A DNA stretch of 64,000 bases from contig CAVQFQ010000017.1 of assembly GCA_963711835.1 (NCBI GenBank), positions 1 to 64,000 on the forward strand. The letters are read 5' to 3'. Below are positions 29,123-40,226 of this stretch, piece after piece (position 1 is the stretch's first letter; each line of letters opens with the position of its first letter). This DNA comes from an uncultured delta proteobacterium (lineage in GTDB: Bacteria > Desulfobacterota > RBG-13-43-22). The notes below the pieces were generated by a model that saw nothing but the letters and a program-made list of their open reading frames with translations, did not search any database and was not told the DNA's origin. The position numbers and the translations under genes are program-made.

Positions 29123-29845
29123 ATGAAAGGGAAGTTGACCGATAGCCACGAGGGACAGAACATGGGAATAAACAAACCAGGTAAATCTGAGTTGATCCTC
29201 TACCAGACAGAGGATGGAATGAGCCACCTTGAAGTTCGTTTTGAGGGGGACACGGTCTGGCTGTCTCAGAAACAATTGGCCGACTTGTTTCAGAAAGACG
29301 TTCGGACGATCAGTGAGCACCTGCGAAATGTTTTCCACGAAGGGGAACTGCAGGAAGATTCAGTTATCCGGAAATTCCGGATAACTGCCGCTGACGGGAA
29401 AAGCTACGAGACGTTACATTATAACCTCGATGTTATCATATCCGTGGGCTATCGCGTAAAATCCTTTCGGGGTACACAATTCCGTATATGGGCTACTCAA
29501 AGGTTGCGAGAGTTCATCATCAAGGGTTTTACTTTGGACGATGAACGATTAAAACAGGCGGGAGGCGGAATCTACTTTGAAGAATTGCTCGAACGTATCC
29601 GCGATATACGTTCCTCTGAGAAGGTGTTCTGGCGGAAGGTGCTTGACATTTATGCCACCAGCATTGATTACGATCCCAGCGCGGAGATGGCCCAACAATT
29701 TTTTACTACCGTACAAAATAAAATGCATTGGGCTGCCCATGGCCTGAACAATTTCTTCGTTTTGGCGCCGAACTTGACCATATACAACAAGCTCATCACC
29801 GATTTTACCCCAAACACCCCTATGATGCCGTTTCGGAGAATATGA
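29123..29845 (+). pseudogene. RhuM family protein, C-terminally truncated and fused to a foreign fragment
   Basis: VWLSQKQLADLF, YNLDVIISVGYRVKS, QFRIWAT, QNKMHWAAHG, then a switch to FFVLAPNLTIYNKL. Confidence 0.75.
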
Positions 29846-30045
29846 CTTTGACTTGACTTGCAGGCCAGTTTGCGGTGTCGGGAAGGACTAATTCATTTGA
29901 TTAGTTCCCAAGGAAAAAATATTTTCTTGACAATCAATTACTAAAGTAAGTATGTATTACATAATAACTGTTTCATCCAGCCTTATATCAATAATAACTG
30001 CCTGATTTCCATCAAATAAGGGGCAAAAGCACTGGAGTTTAGGCC

Positions 30046-30672
30046 GTGCCGAAAACGCTCCCCGACAAGATCACCCAGCGGAAACCTGACCGTTCCTCTC
30101 CTCCCGGCCGGGTGAAGATCATGAAGGCCCTGAGGGACCTTTTAGGGGAGAAAGAATTCAGCGCCATCACCTGGGCTGATATTGCCGGAACCGCCGGTGT
30201 CAATGAAGGACTTATTTATAAGTATTTCAAGGATAGCAGAAATCTGCTCCATGAGGTCCTCAAGGAGTTCCTCAAACCCTACGTCGACCGTATGGAGCTG
30301 GAAATAACAGGTCTTGAAGGGGCCTTCAATAAGCTCCGAAAACTCATCTGGATTCATTTCGATATCTACAATTCCGATCGCATCTTCGCAAAAATTCTGC
30401 TGTTGGAGGTTCGCAACTATCCGGGATACTTCCAAAGTGAGACCTACAAACTGATCCAGCACTATGCCAACATCATTCTCGACACCATCAAGGAAGGCAT
30501 GAGAAAGGGAGAAATCCGGGACGACGTTTCAGCGCGCAATCTCAGGCAGATCATTATAGGAGGCATTGAGCATTGCTGTCTGCCGGGCGTCATTTTTGAA
30601 AAAAAATGGTCTCCCGATGCCTTGACCGAGGATCTCTGCACCATTCTCTTTAACGATTTGCGGAAAAACTAG
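30046..30672 (+). CDS. TetR/AcrR family regulator
   Basis: ITWADIAGTAGVNEGLIYKYF HTH; TTGACA promoter near 29927. Confidence 0.88.
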   Translation: MPKTLPDKITQRKPDRSSPPGRVKIMKALRDLLGEKEFSAITWADIAGTAGVNEGLIYKYFKDSRNLLHEVLKEFLKPYVDRMELEITGLEGAFNKLRKLIWIHFDIYNSDRIFAKILLLEVRNYPGYFQSETYKLIQHYANIILDTIKEGMRKGEIRDDVSARNLRQIIIGGIEHCCLPGVIFEKKWSPDALTEDLCTILFNDLRKN

Positions 30673-30812
30673 ACCGAGAGCGGGTTCATTGGAATGGACG
30701 AACCGAAATACTTTGGCGTTCGAATAATTGAATAGTTGGACACCTTCACCAGGGCGAAAGGCCCTGCTGCCTGAAAGACCCGGGAACCCAAAAAGATGAT
30801 CACTCCGTCTCA

Positions 30813-31628
30813 ATGCCCAAGGCCATGGTAGGTTCCACACCTTACAACGCCCCCCCCCTGGGCCACGAAGCCTTGCTCAAGGCCGAAGACCTTCATCTGG
30901 CCTTTGGTAAGGTCCAGGCCTTAAACGGCGTGAACCTCGAGGTGCGGCCGGATGAGATCCTGGCCTTGATCGGGCCGAACGGGGCCGGTAAAACCTCCTT
31001 TCTCAACAGTCTCAACGGATTCTACCGTCCGCAACAAGGAAGCATCGTTTTCAACGGGCAGGACATCACCCGGATGTCTCCCCATCACCGCGTGATGACC
31101 GGGATAGGCCGGACCTTCCAGGGTATTCAACTTTTTTTGGGCATGACCGTCCTGGACAACATCCTGACCGGCCGCCATATCCACATGCGCTCCAATGTCA
31201 TCACCGGCGCCCTGCGCTGGCCTTGGGTTATCCGGGAGGAAATCGAGCACCGGGCCGTGGCCGAAGAGATCATTGACTTTCTGGAGATGGAGGCTATCCG
31301 TGAATCGGTGGTGGGCTCATTGGGTTACGGACTCCGCAAACGGGTGGACCTGGGGCGAGCCCTGGCCATGGATCCCAAAATGCTGATCATGGACGAGCCC
31401 ATGGCCGGCATGAACGTCGAGGAGAAGGAGGATATGGCCCGTTTTATCCTTGATATTCAGGAATACCGAAAAATCCCCATCATCCTGGTCGAACACGACA
31501 TGGAAGTGGTCATGGATATTTCCAGTCGGGTGGCCGTTCTGGAGTGGGGGCGCATTATTGCCGAGGGGACACCGTCCGAGATACGCACCGACCCCAGGGT
31601 CATTAAGGCCTATTTGGGCGAGGAGTAA
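30813..31628 (+). CDS. Branched-chain-type ABC ATPase (LivG-like)
   Basis: GPNGAGKT, DEPMAG, LVEHDM, AYLG. Confidence 0.9.
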   Translation: MPKAMVGSTPYNAPPLGHEALLKAEDLHLAFGKVQALNGVNLEVRPDEILALIGPNGAGKTSFLNSLNGFYRPQQGSIVFNGQDITRMSPHHRVMTGIGRTFQGIQLFLGMTVLDNILTGRHIHMRSNVITGALRWPWVIREEIEHRAVAEEIIDFLEMEAIRESVVGSLGYGLRKRVDLGRALAMDPKMLIMDEPMAGMNVEEKEDMARFILDIQEYRKIPIILVEHDMEVVMDISSRVAVLEWGRIIAEGTPSEIRTDPRVIKAYLGEE

Positions 31629-31641
31629 GGAGGTGCCCAAG

Positions 31642-33582
31642 ATGGACAACAGGGAAAAAGAACTGCCCCGGGTCGAAGCCGATACCTTGCCCAAATACTT
31701 GCGGATTAACACCGCTGCTTACGGCGAACGAACCTACATGCGGCGTAAAAATAGGGGCGTCTGGCAGGGCACCAGTTGGAACCGTGTTTACGAAGCCGTG
31801 CGGGCCTTTTCCTTGGGGCTGATGGAGCTGGGACTGGCCCGGGGAGAAACGGTAGCCATCGCCGGTGAAAATGAGCCCGAACTGTTCTGGGCCGACTTCG
31901 CCGTCTTGAGCGCCGGGGGCAAGGTGGTCTGCCTTTATCCGGACATGACCCCGCCGGAAATGGAATATATCCTGGATCATTCCGAAGCCACCTTTCTGGT
32001 GGCCGAGGACCAGGAACAGATCGATAAGTTCCTGGAGATTCAAGCGCGATTGCCCCGAATCCGGAAGGCCGTCTACTGGGACCGGCGCGGGATGTGGCAG
32101 TACCAAAACCCTATCCTGATGGAGTTTGGCCAGGTGCAGGAACTGGGGAGAAGGGCCCACCAGTCCCACCCCCAACGGTTCGATCGGTCCATCGACCAGG
32201 GAAAGGGCGAAGATATCGCCCTGCTCAGTTACACCTCGGGCACCACCGGCCTGCCCAAGGGGGTCATCATCTCACAAAGCTACCTGCTGGATAATGCCTT
32301 TCGCATCATCATGGCCAACGCCTTTAAACCCTTCAGCCAATACCTGTCCTACCTGTCGCCCGCCTGGGTGACCGAACACTTCTTTGCCGCCATCGGGGTC
32401 ATCCTCCCCCTGACCTACAACTTTCCCGAGGAGCCGGAGACGATCCTGGCCAACATCCGAGAACTGGGGGCTGAAATCCTGGTTTTCGGGCCCCGGCAGT
32501 GGGAGAGCCTGGCCTCGACCGTCCAGGCGGCCATGCTCGATGCCGGGCCTGTCCGCCGGGCCTTTTATCAGACCGGCATGAAGATCGGCTTAAAGCGGGC
32601 CGATGAGCAGACCGAAGGCCTTAAGTCCGCATGGTTCTGGCGCCTGCTTCACCCGCTGGCCGAACAACTGGTCCTGGGACCGCTTCGGGACAACCTGGGG
32701 CTCAAAAAGACCTATTATGCCCTGACCGGGGGTGCGCCCTGCGCACCCGATGTCTTCCGCTTCTACCATGCCATGGGGGTGCGCCTGCGCAACGCTTACG
32801 GCAACTCGGAGTTAGGCATGTTTACCCAGCACCGGGGCGACCTGTTCGACCCGGAAACCCTGGGGCAATGGTACACCTCCCATCCTGATTTCGGCCCGCC
32901 GCTGGAACACCGGCTGGATGAAAACGGCGGACTGCAGGTGCGCGGCGCCTCGGGTTTCTCGGGGTACTATAAAAACGAGGCGGGCACGCAGGAGGCGGTT
33001 AGGGACGGTTGGTATATAACCGGCGACGCCGCCCGGATGAAGGAGAACGGCGATCTGATCTTCCTCGACCGGGTCAAGGACCTTAAACAGCTTTCCAGCG
33101 GGCACCACTTTCCCCCCCAGTTCATCGAGACCCGATTCCGGTTCAGCCCCTTCATTAAAGACGGTATGGTCCTGGGGGATGAGCAGAAGCCCTTCGTGGC
33201 GGCCCTGATCAACATCGATTCCGAGACCGTAGGCCGTTGGGCCGAACGGCAGGGCATCCCTTACACCACCTTCCCGGACCTGTCGCAGAAACCGGAAGTC
33301 TGTGACCTCATCCGCGGCGAGCTGGAACGGGTCAACCGCAATCTGGACGGGCCTTCCCGGGTCAAACGCTTTGTCAATTTGCCCAAGGAATTCGACCCGG
33401 ACGAGGCCGAGCTGACCCGGACGCGCAAACTCCGGCGGGGATTCCTCGAAGAGCGCTACAGCGGGCTGATCGAGGCGATCTACGGCGGCCAGCAGGTTTA
33501 CGAGGCTGAGGTGCCGGTCAAATACCGGGACGGACGGACCGGCCTGGTCAAGACCAATATCCGCATCAACCCTATCACCTAA
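31642..33582 (+). CDS. Long-chain acyl-CoA synthetase (AMP-binding)
   Basis: YTSGTTGLPKG, YGNSE, GWYITGD, ELTRTRKLRR. Confidence 0.9.
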   Translation: MDNREKELPRVEADTLPKYLRINTAAYGERTYMRRKNRGVWQGTSWNRVYEAVRAFSLGLMELGLARGETVAIAGENEPELFWADFAVLSAGGKVVCLYPDMTPPEMEYILDHSEATFLVAEDQEQIDKFLEIQARLPRIRKAVYWDRRGMWQYQNPILMEFGQVQELGRRAHQSHPQRFDRSIDQGKGEDIALLSYTSGTTGLPKGVIISQSYLLDNAFRIIMANAFKPFSQYLSYLSPAWVTEHFFAAIGVILPLTYNFPEEPETILANIRELGAEILVFGPRQWESLASTVQAAMLDAGPVRRAFYQTGMKIGLKRADEQTEGLKSAWFWRLLHPLAEQLVLGPLRDNLGLKKTYYALTGGAPCAPDVFRFYHAMGVRLRNAYGNSELGMFTQHRGDLFDPETLGQWYTSHPDFGPPLEHRLDENGGLQVRGASGFSGYYKNEAGTQEAVRDGWYITGDAARMKENGDLIFLDRVKDLKQLSSGHHFPPQFIETRFRFSPFIKDGMVLGDEQKPFVAALINIDSETVGRWAERQGIPYTTFPDLSQKPEVCDLIRGELERVNRNLDGPSRVKRFVNLPKEFDPDEAELTRTRKLRRGFLEERYSGLIEAIYGGQQVYEAEVPVKYRDGRTGLVKTNIRINPIT

Positions 33583-33601
33583 GGAGGGCCCGGAGTCGTC
33601 T

Positions 33602-34501
33602 ATGAAACCATTGTTTTATATTGACCTGCTCCAGTACACGCTGGACGGAACGTTTACGGGCGTGCTCTACGCCGTCATCGCCATCGCCTTTATCGTGGTC
33701 TACCGGGCCGGCCGTATTCTGAATTTCGCTCAGGGAGAGGTGATCATCTTCATGGCCTACATCATCTGGACCCTGATCGCGCTGGCCCGACTGCCGGTCT
33801 GGGTGGTGATCCCTTTATCGCTGGCGGTGGCCATGATCCTGGGACTGGTCATCGAGCGGGGCATCTTCCGGCCCCTGATCGGGCAGCCTATCTGGGCCAT
33901 GGTCATGGTCACCATCGGCCTGATGATCCTGATCCAGGGCATCACCCAGGTTATTTGGGGCGGCGGAGAGCGGCCCTTTCCCCTCCTCTTCCCCCGGGCG
34001 CCGGTGAAAATAGGGCCGCTCCTCTTTACCAGTTCCATATTCTGGGGCGGCCTGATTTCCCTGTTCATTGTGCTGGGTCTGGCCCTGGTCTTTGAAAAGA
34101 CCCGTTGGGGTCTCAGGCTCACCGCCGTGGCCGAAAACCACCAGGTAGCCCAGGCCATGGGCATCTCGGTCAAGAGCTCCATTGCCATCGCCTGGATGAT
34201 CGGCTGGGCCTTGTCCAGCTTTGCGGCCGTGGTCTTCCTTAATGGAAAAGTCCTGACCTTCGCCGCTGCCGCTATCGGCCTGCATGCCCTGCCGGTGGTG
34301 CTCCTGGCCGGGCTGGAATCCATCGGCGGCGCCCTGCTGGCCGGGATTATTATGGGGATAGGCGAGTCCTGGGCTTCCGCCTTTCTTGACCCCTATACGG
34401 CCGGAGCCAGCTCCCAGGCCTTTCCCTATGTCCTGATGCTGATCGTGCTCCTGGTTCGGCCCCAAGGCCTGTTCGGCTGGAAGATCATCGAAAGGGTGTA
34501 A
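33602..34501 (+). CDS. ABC permease (LivH-like)
   Basis: LNFAQGE, RPQGLFG. Confidence 0.9.
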   Translation: MKPLFYIDLLQYTLDGTFTGVLYAVIAIAFIVVYRAGRILNFAQGEVIIFMAYIIWTLIALARLPVWVVIPLSLAVAMILGLVIERGIFRPLIGQPIWAMVMVTIGLMILIQGITQVIWGGGERPFPLLFPRAPVKIGPLLFTSSIFWGGLISLFIVLGLALVFEKTRWGLRLTAVAENHQVAQAMGISVKSSIAIAWMIGWALSSFAAVVFLNGKVLTFAAAAIGLHALPVVLLAGLESIGGALLAGIIMGIGESWASAFLDPYTAGASSQAFPYVLMLIVLLVRPQGLFGWKIIERV

Positions 34502-34504
34502 CCC

Positions 34505-35569
34505 ATGGCCATTTTACCCTGCGGCGTTCATTTCGAAACCTATCGGCAGCACCTGGCTTATTTGAGAACCCGACCCCAATGGACGGTCTTTATCCTTTTA
34601 ATGTTGCTGCTGGCCGGGCTTCCGCAAATCCTCAGCGTCCGCTTCATCGCCATGATCAGCATGGCCACCATGATCAGCATCGCCGTGGTCGGGCTGCAGA
34701 TCACCACCGGCTATGCCGGACTGCTTAACCTGGGCCAGTCGGCCTTCATGGGCATGGGGGCTTTCGTCTGCGGTTCCTTGGCCGTCAATTTCAACCTGCC
34801 CTTCTGGATTACCATCCCCGCCGGCGGGTTGGGCGGGGCGATGCTGGGGGCCGTCTTCGGCATCCCGGCCCTGCGGATCAAGGGCTTTTACCTGGCCATC
34901 ACCACTATTGCCGCCCAGGTTATCTTCCCCTTGATCATCATGCACATGCCCAACCGCTGGTTTGGGGGGGCCATCGGGTTGAATCTGGAACCGGCCCGCC
35001 TGGGCTCCATCACTTTCAACAGCGACATTTCCCTTTATTACTTCATCATCGGCGCCGCGGTAATCATGCTTTTCCTGGCCTTTAACCTGGTGCGCTCCCG
35101 AGTGGGACGGGCCCTGATCGCCGTCCGGGACAACGACATCGCCGCCGAGATGACCGGCATCAATCTCTTCTATTACAAGACCCTGGCCTTTGCCATCGGG
35201 GCGGGTTATGCGGGCGTGGCCGGAGGGCTTTGGTCCTATTACCTGCGCTATGTAGGGGCGGACCAGTTCACCCTGTATTTTTCCGTCTGGTACATGGGCA
35301 TGCTCATCGTGGGAGGCCTGGGAAGCATCCTGGGGGCAATCTTAGGCACCTTCTTTATTAGGGCCTTACAGGAGTTCATCACCGCCCTGGCGCCCTTCCT
35401 GGTCCAATACCTGCCGCAAACAGGCAGTGCGGCCATCTGGTTCGCGGGCATGAACATCCTCTTGGGCGGTATCATCATTCTTTTTCTTATATACGAGCCC
35501 AGGGGGCTGGTCCACCGCTGGAATATTCTTAAGACCTCCTATCGCATTTGGCCCTTCCCTTACCTCTAA
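34505..35569 (+). CDS. ABC permease (LivM-like)
   Basis: GYAGLLNLGQ, GRALIAVRDND, EPRGL. Confidence 0.9.
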   Translation: MAILPCGVHFETYRQHLAYLRTRPQWTVFILLMLLLAGLPQILSVRFIAMISMATMISIAVVGLQITTGYAGLLNLGQSAFMGMGAFVCGSLAVNFNLPFWITIPAGGLGGAMLGAVFGIPALRIKGFYLAITTIAAQVIFPLIIMHMPNRWFGGAIGLNLEPARLGSITFNSDISLYYFIIGAAVIMLFLAFNLVRSRVGRALIAVRDNDIAAEMTGINLFYYKTLAFAIGAGYAGVAGGLWSYYLRYVGADQFTLYFSVWYMGMLIVGGLGSILGAILGTFFIRALQEFITALAPFLVQYLPQTGSAAIWFAGMNILLGGIIILFLIYEPRGLVHRWNILKTSYRIWPFPYL

Positions 35570-35642
35570 GGCAGAGATGCGAAGAAGGAACCATTTTTTG
35601 AAGCGCGTTGATAAGAATCTAATGCAAGAAAGGAGAAACAGT

Positions 35643-36869
35643 ATGAGCAAGAAATGGATTTATTGGTTGGGAGCGCCTTTGGTCCTGGTCCTGATGACCA
35701 CAGCGGTCTGGTCGGCCGGGTACAACATCTCGGTCTCGCTGGACTACACCGGACCCTATGCCGTAATCATGCCACCCTTTGAATCAACCCGCAAGGCCTT
35801 GACGGCCTGGTGGAATGAGACCAAGGGCAAGAAGTTGGGGATCGAACTCAAAGACGTCGGTTATGACATGCGCTACGACCCCAGTGTGGTGGCCAGTACC
35901 TGGCCGGGCATCCTGTCCAAGGACAAGCCCATCGCCCATATGGGATTGGGCGGTCCGGACGTGGCCGCCCTGATGAAGCGCCTGCCCAACGACAAGGTGC
36001 CCATGTTTATGTCCACGGCCACCTACGGATTCGCCTGGCTGCCGGACACCTGGGTCTTCCAGCCGCGGCCCCCTTATGCCCATGAGGCCGCCGGGTTCTT
36101 CAACTGGATCCACAAGAATGTGATCAAGGACCGTAAAATCCGGATCGCCGCCATCAATTCCAAGGTCTCCCCGGCCTATGTGGACATGATCAACGGGATT
36201 GAGGCCTTCTGCAAGGCCACCCCCTGGACCGAATGGGTGGGCGTGGAATGGATCGCCATGAAGCCGGTCTCCCTCCTTCCTGAAGTCCGGCGCCTGTCCC
36301 GGTTGAACCCGGACTTTATCTGGATCGCCACCAACACGGCCCATGTCATCTCAACCATCCAGGCCCAGAAGGAGCTGGGTATCCACATCCCTATCCTGAT
36401 GGCCTCCCATAATGGCATCGACATGTCCACCGTGGCCTCCAAGGACATCAAGCTGCTCGAAGGCCATTACGACTCCTATGCCATGGATCCGGGCATGGAC
36501 CCCGACGTTCCCGGAGCCAAGATCGTCATCGAGTATTGTAAAAAGCTGGGCATCAAGGACCACTGGAGCAATCTCAGCGTCCAGGCCGCCTTGATGCAGT
36601 TGATGGTCCTCAAGGGGGTCGAAAGGGCCGCGGCCAAGGTCGGCCCGGATAAAATCACCGGGCAGACTGTTTACGAGGCCATGTTTCAGGGACCGCTGAC
36701 CGAAGAAGACCTTCTTGGGCTGGCCCCGGCCATGACCTTCACCAAAGACGCCCCTTTTTCAACCAAAAACCTGAGGGTAAAGATCACCACCGTCAAGGAC
36801 GGCAAGCAGGTGCAGTTAACTAAGGACTGGGTGCCCATTCCGGATTTTCCCAAGTGGGTTGCCCAATAG
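35643..36869 (+). CDS. ABC substrate-binding protein (LivK-like)
   Basis: Signal peptide, DYTGPYA, DMRYDP; operon context. Confidence 0.8.
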   Translation: MSKKWIYWLGAPLVLVLMTTAVWSAGYNISVSLDYTGPYAVIMPPFESTRKALTAWWNETKGKKLGIELKDVGYDMRYDPSVVASTWPGILSKDKPIAHMGLGGPDVAALMKRLPNDKVPMFMSTATYGFAWLPDTWVFQPRPPYAHEAAGFFNWIHKNVIKDRKIRIAAINSKVSPAYVDMINGIEAFCKATPWTEWVGVEWIAMKPVSLLPEVRRLSRLNPDFIWIATNTAHVISTIQAQKELGIHIPILMASHNGIDMSTVASKDIKLLEGHYDSYAMDPGMDPDVPGAKIVIEYCKKLGIKDHWSNLSVQAALMQLMVLKGVERAAAKVGPDKITGQTVYEAMFQGPLTEEDLLGLAPAMTFTKDAPFSTKNLRVKITTVKDGKQVQLTKDWVPIPDFPKWVAQ

Positions 36870-36899
36870 TTTAATCCGATCCGGAACGGGAGGACTCCC

Positions 36900-37694
36900 A
36901 TGCTGGAACTGACCAATGTTGAAATGATCTATAACAAGGTCATCATGGTCCTCAAGGGGGTCTCCCTGTCCGTTCCCCAGGGAGGCATCGTGGCCCTTCT
37001 CGGGGCCAACGGGGCGGGCAAGACCTCAACCTTGAAAAGCATCTCCGGCCTGGAGCACACCGAAGAAGGCGAGGTCACCCGGGGGCATATCCATTTTGAA
37101 GGCCGGCGCATCGAGCACATGGACCCGACCCAGATCGTTCGTCTGGGGATCATTCAGGTCATGGAAGGACGGAAGGTCCTCGAACACCTGACCGTCGAAC
37201 AGAACCTGTTGGTTGGGTCCCACCTCCGCCCCGGGATGCGGGAGGTCCGTCAGGACATGGACCTGGTCTTCGATTATTTCCCGGCCCTCAAGGCCCTCCG
37301 ACATCATACCTCCGGCTATCTATCCGGTGGTGAACAACAGATGCTGGTGGTGGGTCGGGCCTTGATCGCCCGACCCAAGCTGGTCCTGCTTGATGAACCG
37401 TCTCTGGGACTGGCCCCCCTGCTGGTTCAGGAAATCTTCCGGGTTTTGAAGGAGGTCAACCAGCGGGAAAAGATCACTATGCTCTTGGTCGAGCAGAATG
37501 TGCGCGTTGCCCTGGAAATCGCCCAGCACGGCTACATCATGGAAAACGGCCGGATCGTGCTCGACGGGTCCTCGAATGCCCTCCTGGAAAACGAGGACAT
37601 CAAGGAATTCTACCTGGGGTTGAGCCTGAAGGGAAAACGGAAGAGCTACCGCGAGGCCAAGCATTACAAACGCCGGAAGCGCTGGCTGGGGTGA
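36900..37694 (+). CDS. ABC ATPase (LivF-like)
   Basis: GANGAGKT, LSGGEQQM, LDEPSLGLAP, EFYLG. Confidence 0.9.
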   Translation: MLELTNVEMIYNKVIMVLKGVSLSVPQGGIVALLGANGAGKTSTLKSISGLEHTEEGEVTRGHIHFEGRRIEHMDPTQIVRLGIIQVMEGRKVLEHLTVEQNLLVGSHLRPGMREVRQDMDLVFDYFPALKALRHHTSGYLSGGEQQMLVVGRALIARPKLVLLDEPSLGLAPLLVQEIFRVLKEVNQREKITMLLVEQNVRVALEIAQHGYIMENGRIVLDGSSNALLENEDIKEFYLGLSLKGKRKSYREAKHYKRRKRWLG

Positions 37695-37697
37695 TGT

Positions 37698-37860
37698 AAT
37701 ACGAAAATACGAAATTCGAAACAATCTCGAACGTCCAAAATTCAAATGAACAAAACATCACCCCCTCTCTTGACGGGAGTGGGTAGGCTTGTATTCGTCC
37801 TTCCTAATTCCCCCATTCCAGAGAAGCAAAGGTTTCGAATTTCGGGTTTCGAGTTTCGGT
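37698..37860. repeat. Heptamer-periodic CGAAATT / TTTCGAA inverted repeat element
   Basis: AATACGAAAATACGAAATTCGAAAC ... GTTTCGAATTTCGGGTTTCGAGTTTCG; a related copy lies at 41826-41952. Confidence 0.65.
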
Positions 37861-37900
37861 CTAATGTTTCCTGAACCGATCGGCAAAGAGAGGTATATGT

Positions 37901-38684
37901 ATGGATTATGAAACCCTTCAGTTCCAAGTCGAGGATCGGGTGGCGATCGTTGCCTTGAACCGTCCCAGGAGTCTCAACGCCCTCAATAGAAAACTGATCG
38001 AGGAACTGGACCAGGCCCTGAGCGTCATAGAAGGGGATGCGGAAGTGGGCGTGGTCATCATCACCGGCCAGGAGAAATTTTTCGCCGTCGGCGCCGACAT
38101 TCCGGAAATCAGCGGCCTTGATACCCCGCTGGCGGCCCAGGCTTTCGTCACCCGAGTCAACCAGGTTCTCAATCGCCTGGAGGCCCTGCCCAAACCGGTC
38201 ATTGCCGCGGTTTCAGGTCTGGCCCTGGGCGGCGGCTGCGAACTGGCCCTGTGCTGCGACCTCCGGATCGCGGCTGAAGGGGCGCGGTTCGGACAACCCG
38301 AAATCAAGATCGGCGTCATACCCGGAGGCGGGCGGGACGCAGCGTTTACCGCGGCTGGTGGGACTGGGCCGGGCCAAGGAAATGCTTTTCCTCGGCAACC
38401 CTATCGATGCCGACGAGGCCTTCCGAATCGGACTGGTCAATCGGGTGGTACCTGTCGGTTCACTCTTAGACGAAGCCAAGAAGATAGCCCAAGAGCTGCT
38501 GAAGCTGCCTCCCCTGGCCCTGCGAATGACCAAGTGGGTGGTGAACGAAGGAATCAACACCGACCTCCGGACCGGCCTGGGGCTGGAGGCCCGCTGCTTT
38601 GAATTCCTGTTTTCAACTGCCGACCAGAAGGAAGGTATGAAGGCCTTTTTGGAGAAACGAAGGCCCAATTTTCAGGGAAGATAA
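37901..38684 (+). CDS. Enoyl-CoA hydratase/crotonase (frameshift near 38330)
   Basis: LNRPRSLNAL, GADI, GLALGGGCEL, GQPE, then GGTQRLPRLVG in the other frame. Confidence 0.85.
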
Positions 38685-38741
38685 GATCAAAGAGGCTGGC
38701 TGGGGACTTATTGGATTGTATTAAAAATAGTTAGAAAAAGG

Positions 38742-38983
38742 TTTTCTCTCGCCCGCTCATCACGCCTTTGGCGTGATTCGCTCGAGTTCACAGAGTTCTC
38801 AGAGAAAGGCTGATTGTTTTTTAAGAAAAATCGTTGAGAAGCCGATTTTTCATAAACTTCCAGCGCCTTCGGCGCATTAAACCAGTTTCTCCGCGAAGCG
38901 GCAGAATTCTTTTTGATTGCCGTCCTCTCAACGGCAATCAAAAATATATTTTTCTCGGCGATCTCTGCGTGCTCTGTGAGAGA
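38742..38983. repeat. Multi-hairpin intergenic repeat element
   Basis: ATCACGCC/GGCGTGAT and TTTTGATTGCCGT/ACGGCAATCAAAA hairpins inside CACAGAG..CAGAG / CTCTGCG..CTCTGTG arms. Confidence 0.55.
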
Positions 38984-39056
38984 TCGTCTTTTGTCTTTGG
39001 TTGTAGCTTTGCCGCGCTTCGTCTTTGCTTGGTGAAATAAATATAAGGAGGATTCA

Positions 39057-40226
39057 ATGAGAGAAGTAGTCATACTGGGCGTGGGCATGACCAAATTCGG
39101 CATCTCCGAGTTGACCCAGAAGGAAATGTTTGTTCAGGCGGCCCTGGAGGCCTTAGACGAGTCGGGTTTGGAAGGCCGGGACCTGGAAGGGCTCTTCATC
39201 GGCAATGTCCTGGGCGACTACGAAGAAGGCCAGTTAAATATCGCCCCTTTTCTGGGTCATGAAATCGGTCTGCCGACATCAGCCCCGTCCACCCGCTTCG
39301 AAGGCGCCTGCGCCTCGGCCACGGTGGCCGTGCGCAACGCCGCTTTGATGGTCGCCGGCGGCGTGCACGACCTGGTCATTGCCGGCGGCACCGAGCGTAC
39401 AGCCATCATGGGTACGCCGCTGGCCACCAAAACCTTTGCCATGGGCAGCCACGCTGAATACGAGAGCTGGGCCGGGATCACTTTCCCCGGCGTCTTCGCC
39501 ATGGTGGCCCACCTTTATGCCGTCAAGTACGGCCTGGCGCTGAAAGAACTTAAGGAATGCATGGCCCAGGTCTCGGTAAAAAACCACTATAACGGGGCGC
39601 GCAACCCCTTGGCCCACTTCCAGAAAGAGATCACCGTGGAAAAGGTTCTAAGCGGACCAATGATCGCCGATCCGCTTCAGCTTTTGGACTGCTGCCCCTT
39701 TTCCGATGGGGCGGCAGCCGTGGTCCTGGCGGCAGCGGACAAGTTCAGGGGCCAGGTGAAAAAACCGATCCATGTGGCCGGGACCGGCCAGGGGTCGGCC
39801 GGGGCCCTCATCCATCAGAAGGACATCACCCGCATCAAGGCCCGTGAAGCTTCCATCGCCACGGCCTACCGGCAAGCCGGCATTGGACCGGCCGAGGTGG
39901 ACGTCTGCGAACTCCATGACTGCTTCACCATCGCCGAGATCATTGCCAGCGAGGCCCTGGGCTTTTTCGAATTCGGCCAGGGGGCCGAGGCGGCCCGCCG
40001 CGGTGACACCGCGCTGACCGGTAAGATCCCCATCAACCCCTCAGGGGGTCTCAAGGCCAAGGGACATCCCATCGGGGCCACCGGGGCGGCCCAGGTCTAT
40101 GAGATCGTCAAGCAGTTGCGGGGCGAAGCCGGAGCCCGGCAGGTCGAGGGGGCAAAGATCGGCGTGGTTGACACCCTGGGCGGCGATTTCAGCACCGTCT
40201 GCAACCTGGTTTTAAGGAGGAAGTAA
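39057..40226 (+). CDS. Thiolase (SCP2/archaeal-like type)
   Basis: EGACASA, CCPFSDGAAA, ELHDCF, GHPIGATG. Confidence 0.9.
   Translation: MREVVILGVGMTKFGISELTQKEMFVQAALEALDESGLEGRDLEGLFIGNVLGDYEEGQLNIAPFLGHEIGLPTSAPSTRFEGACASATVAVRNAALMVAGGVHDLVIAGGTERTAIMGTPLATKTFAMGSHAEYESWAGITFPGVFAMVAHLYAVKYGLALKELKECMAQVSVKNHYNGARNPLAHFQKEITVEKVLSGPMIADPLQLLDCCPFSDGAAAVVLAAADKFRGQVKKPIHVAGTGQGSAGALIHQKDITRIKAREASIATAYRQAGIGPAEVDVCELHDCFTIAEIIASEALGFFEFGQGAEAARRGDTALTGKIPINPSGGLKAKGHPIGATGAAQVYEIVKQLRGEAGARQVEGAKIGVVDTLGGDFSTVCNLVLRRK

Noticed and set aside
38708-39103. 131-aa minus-strand ORF
   Set aside because: It overlies a hairpin-rich intergenic repeat and the thiolase start, and has no protein motif.
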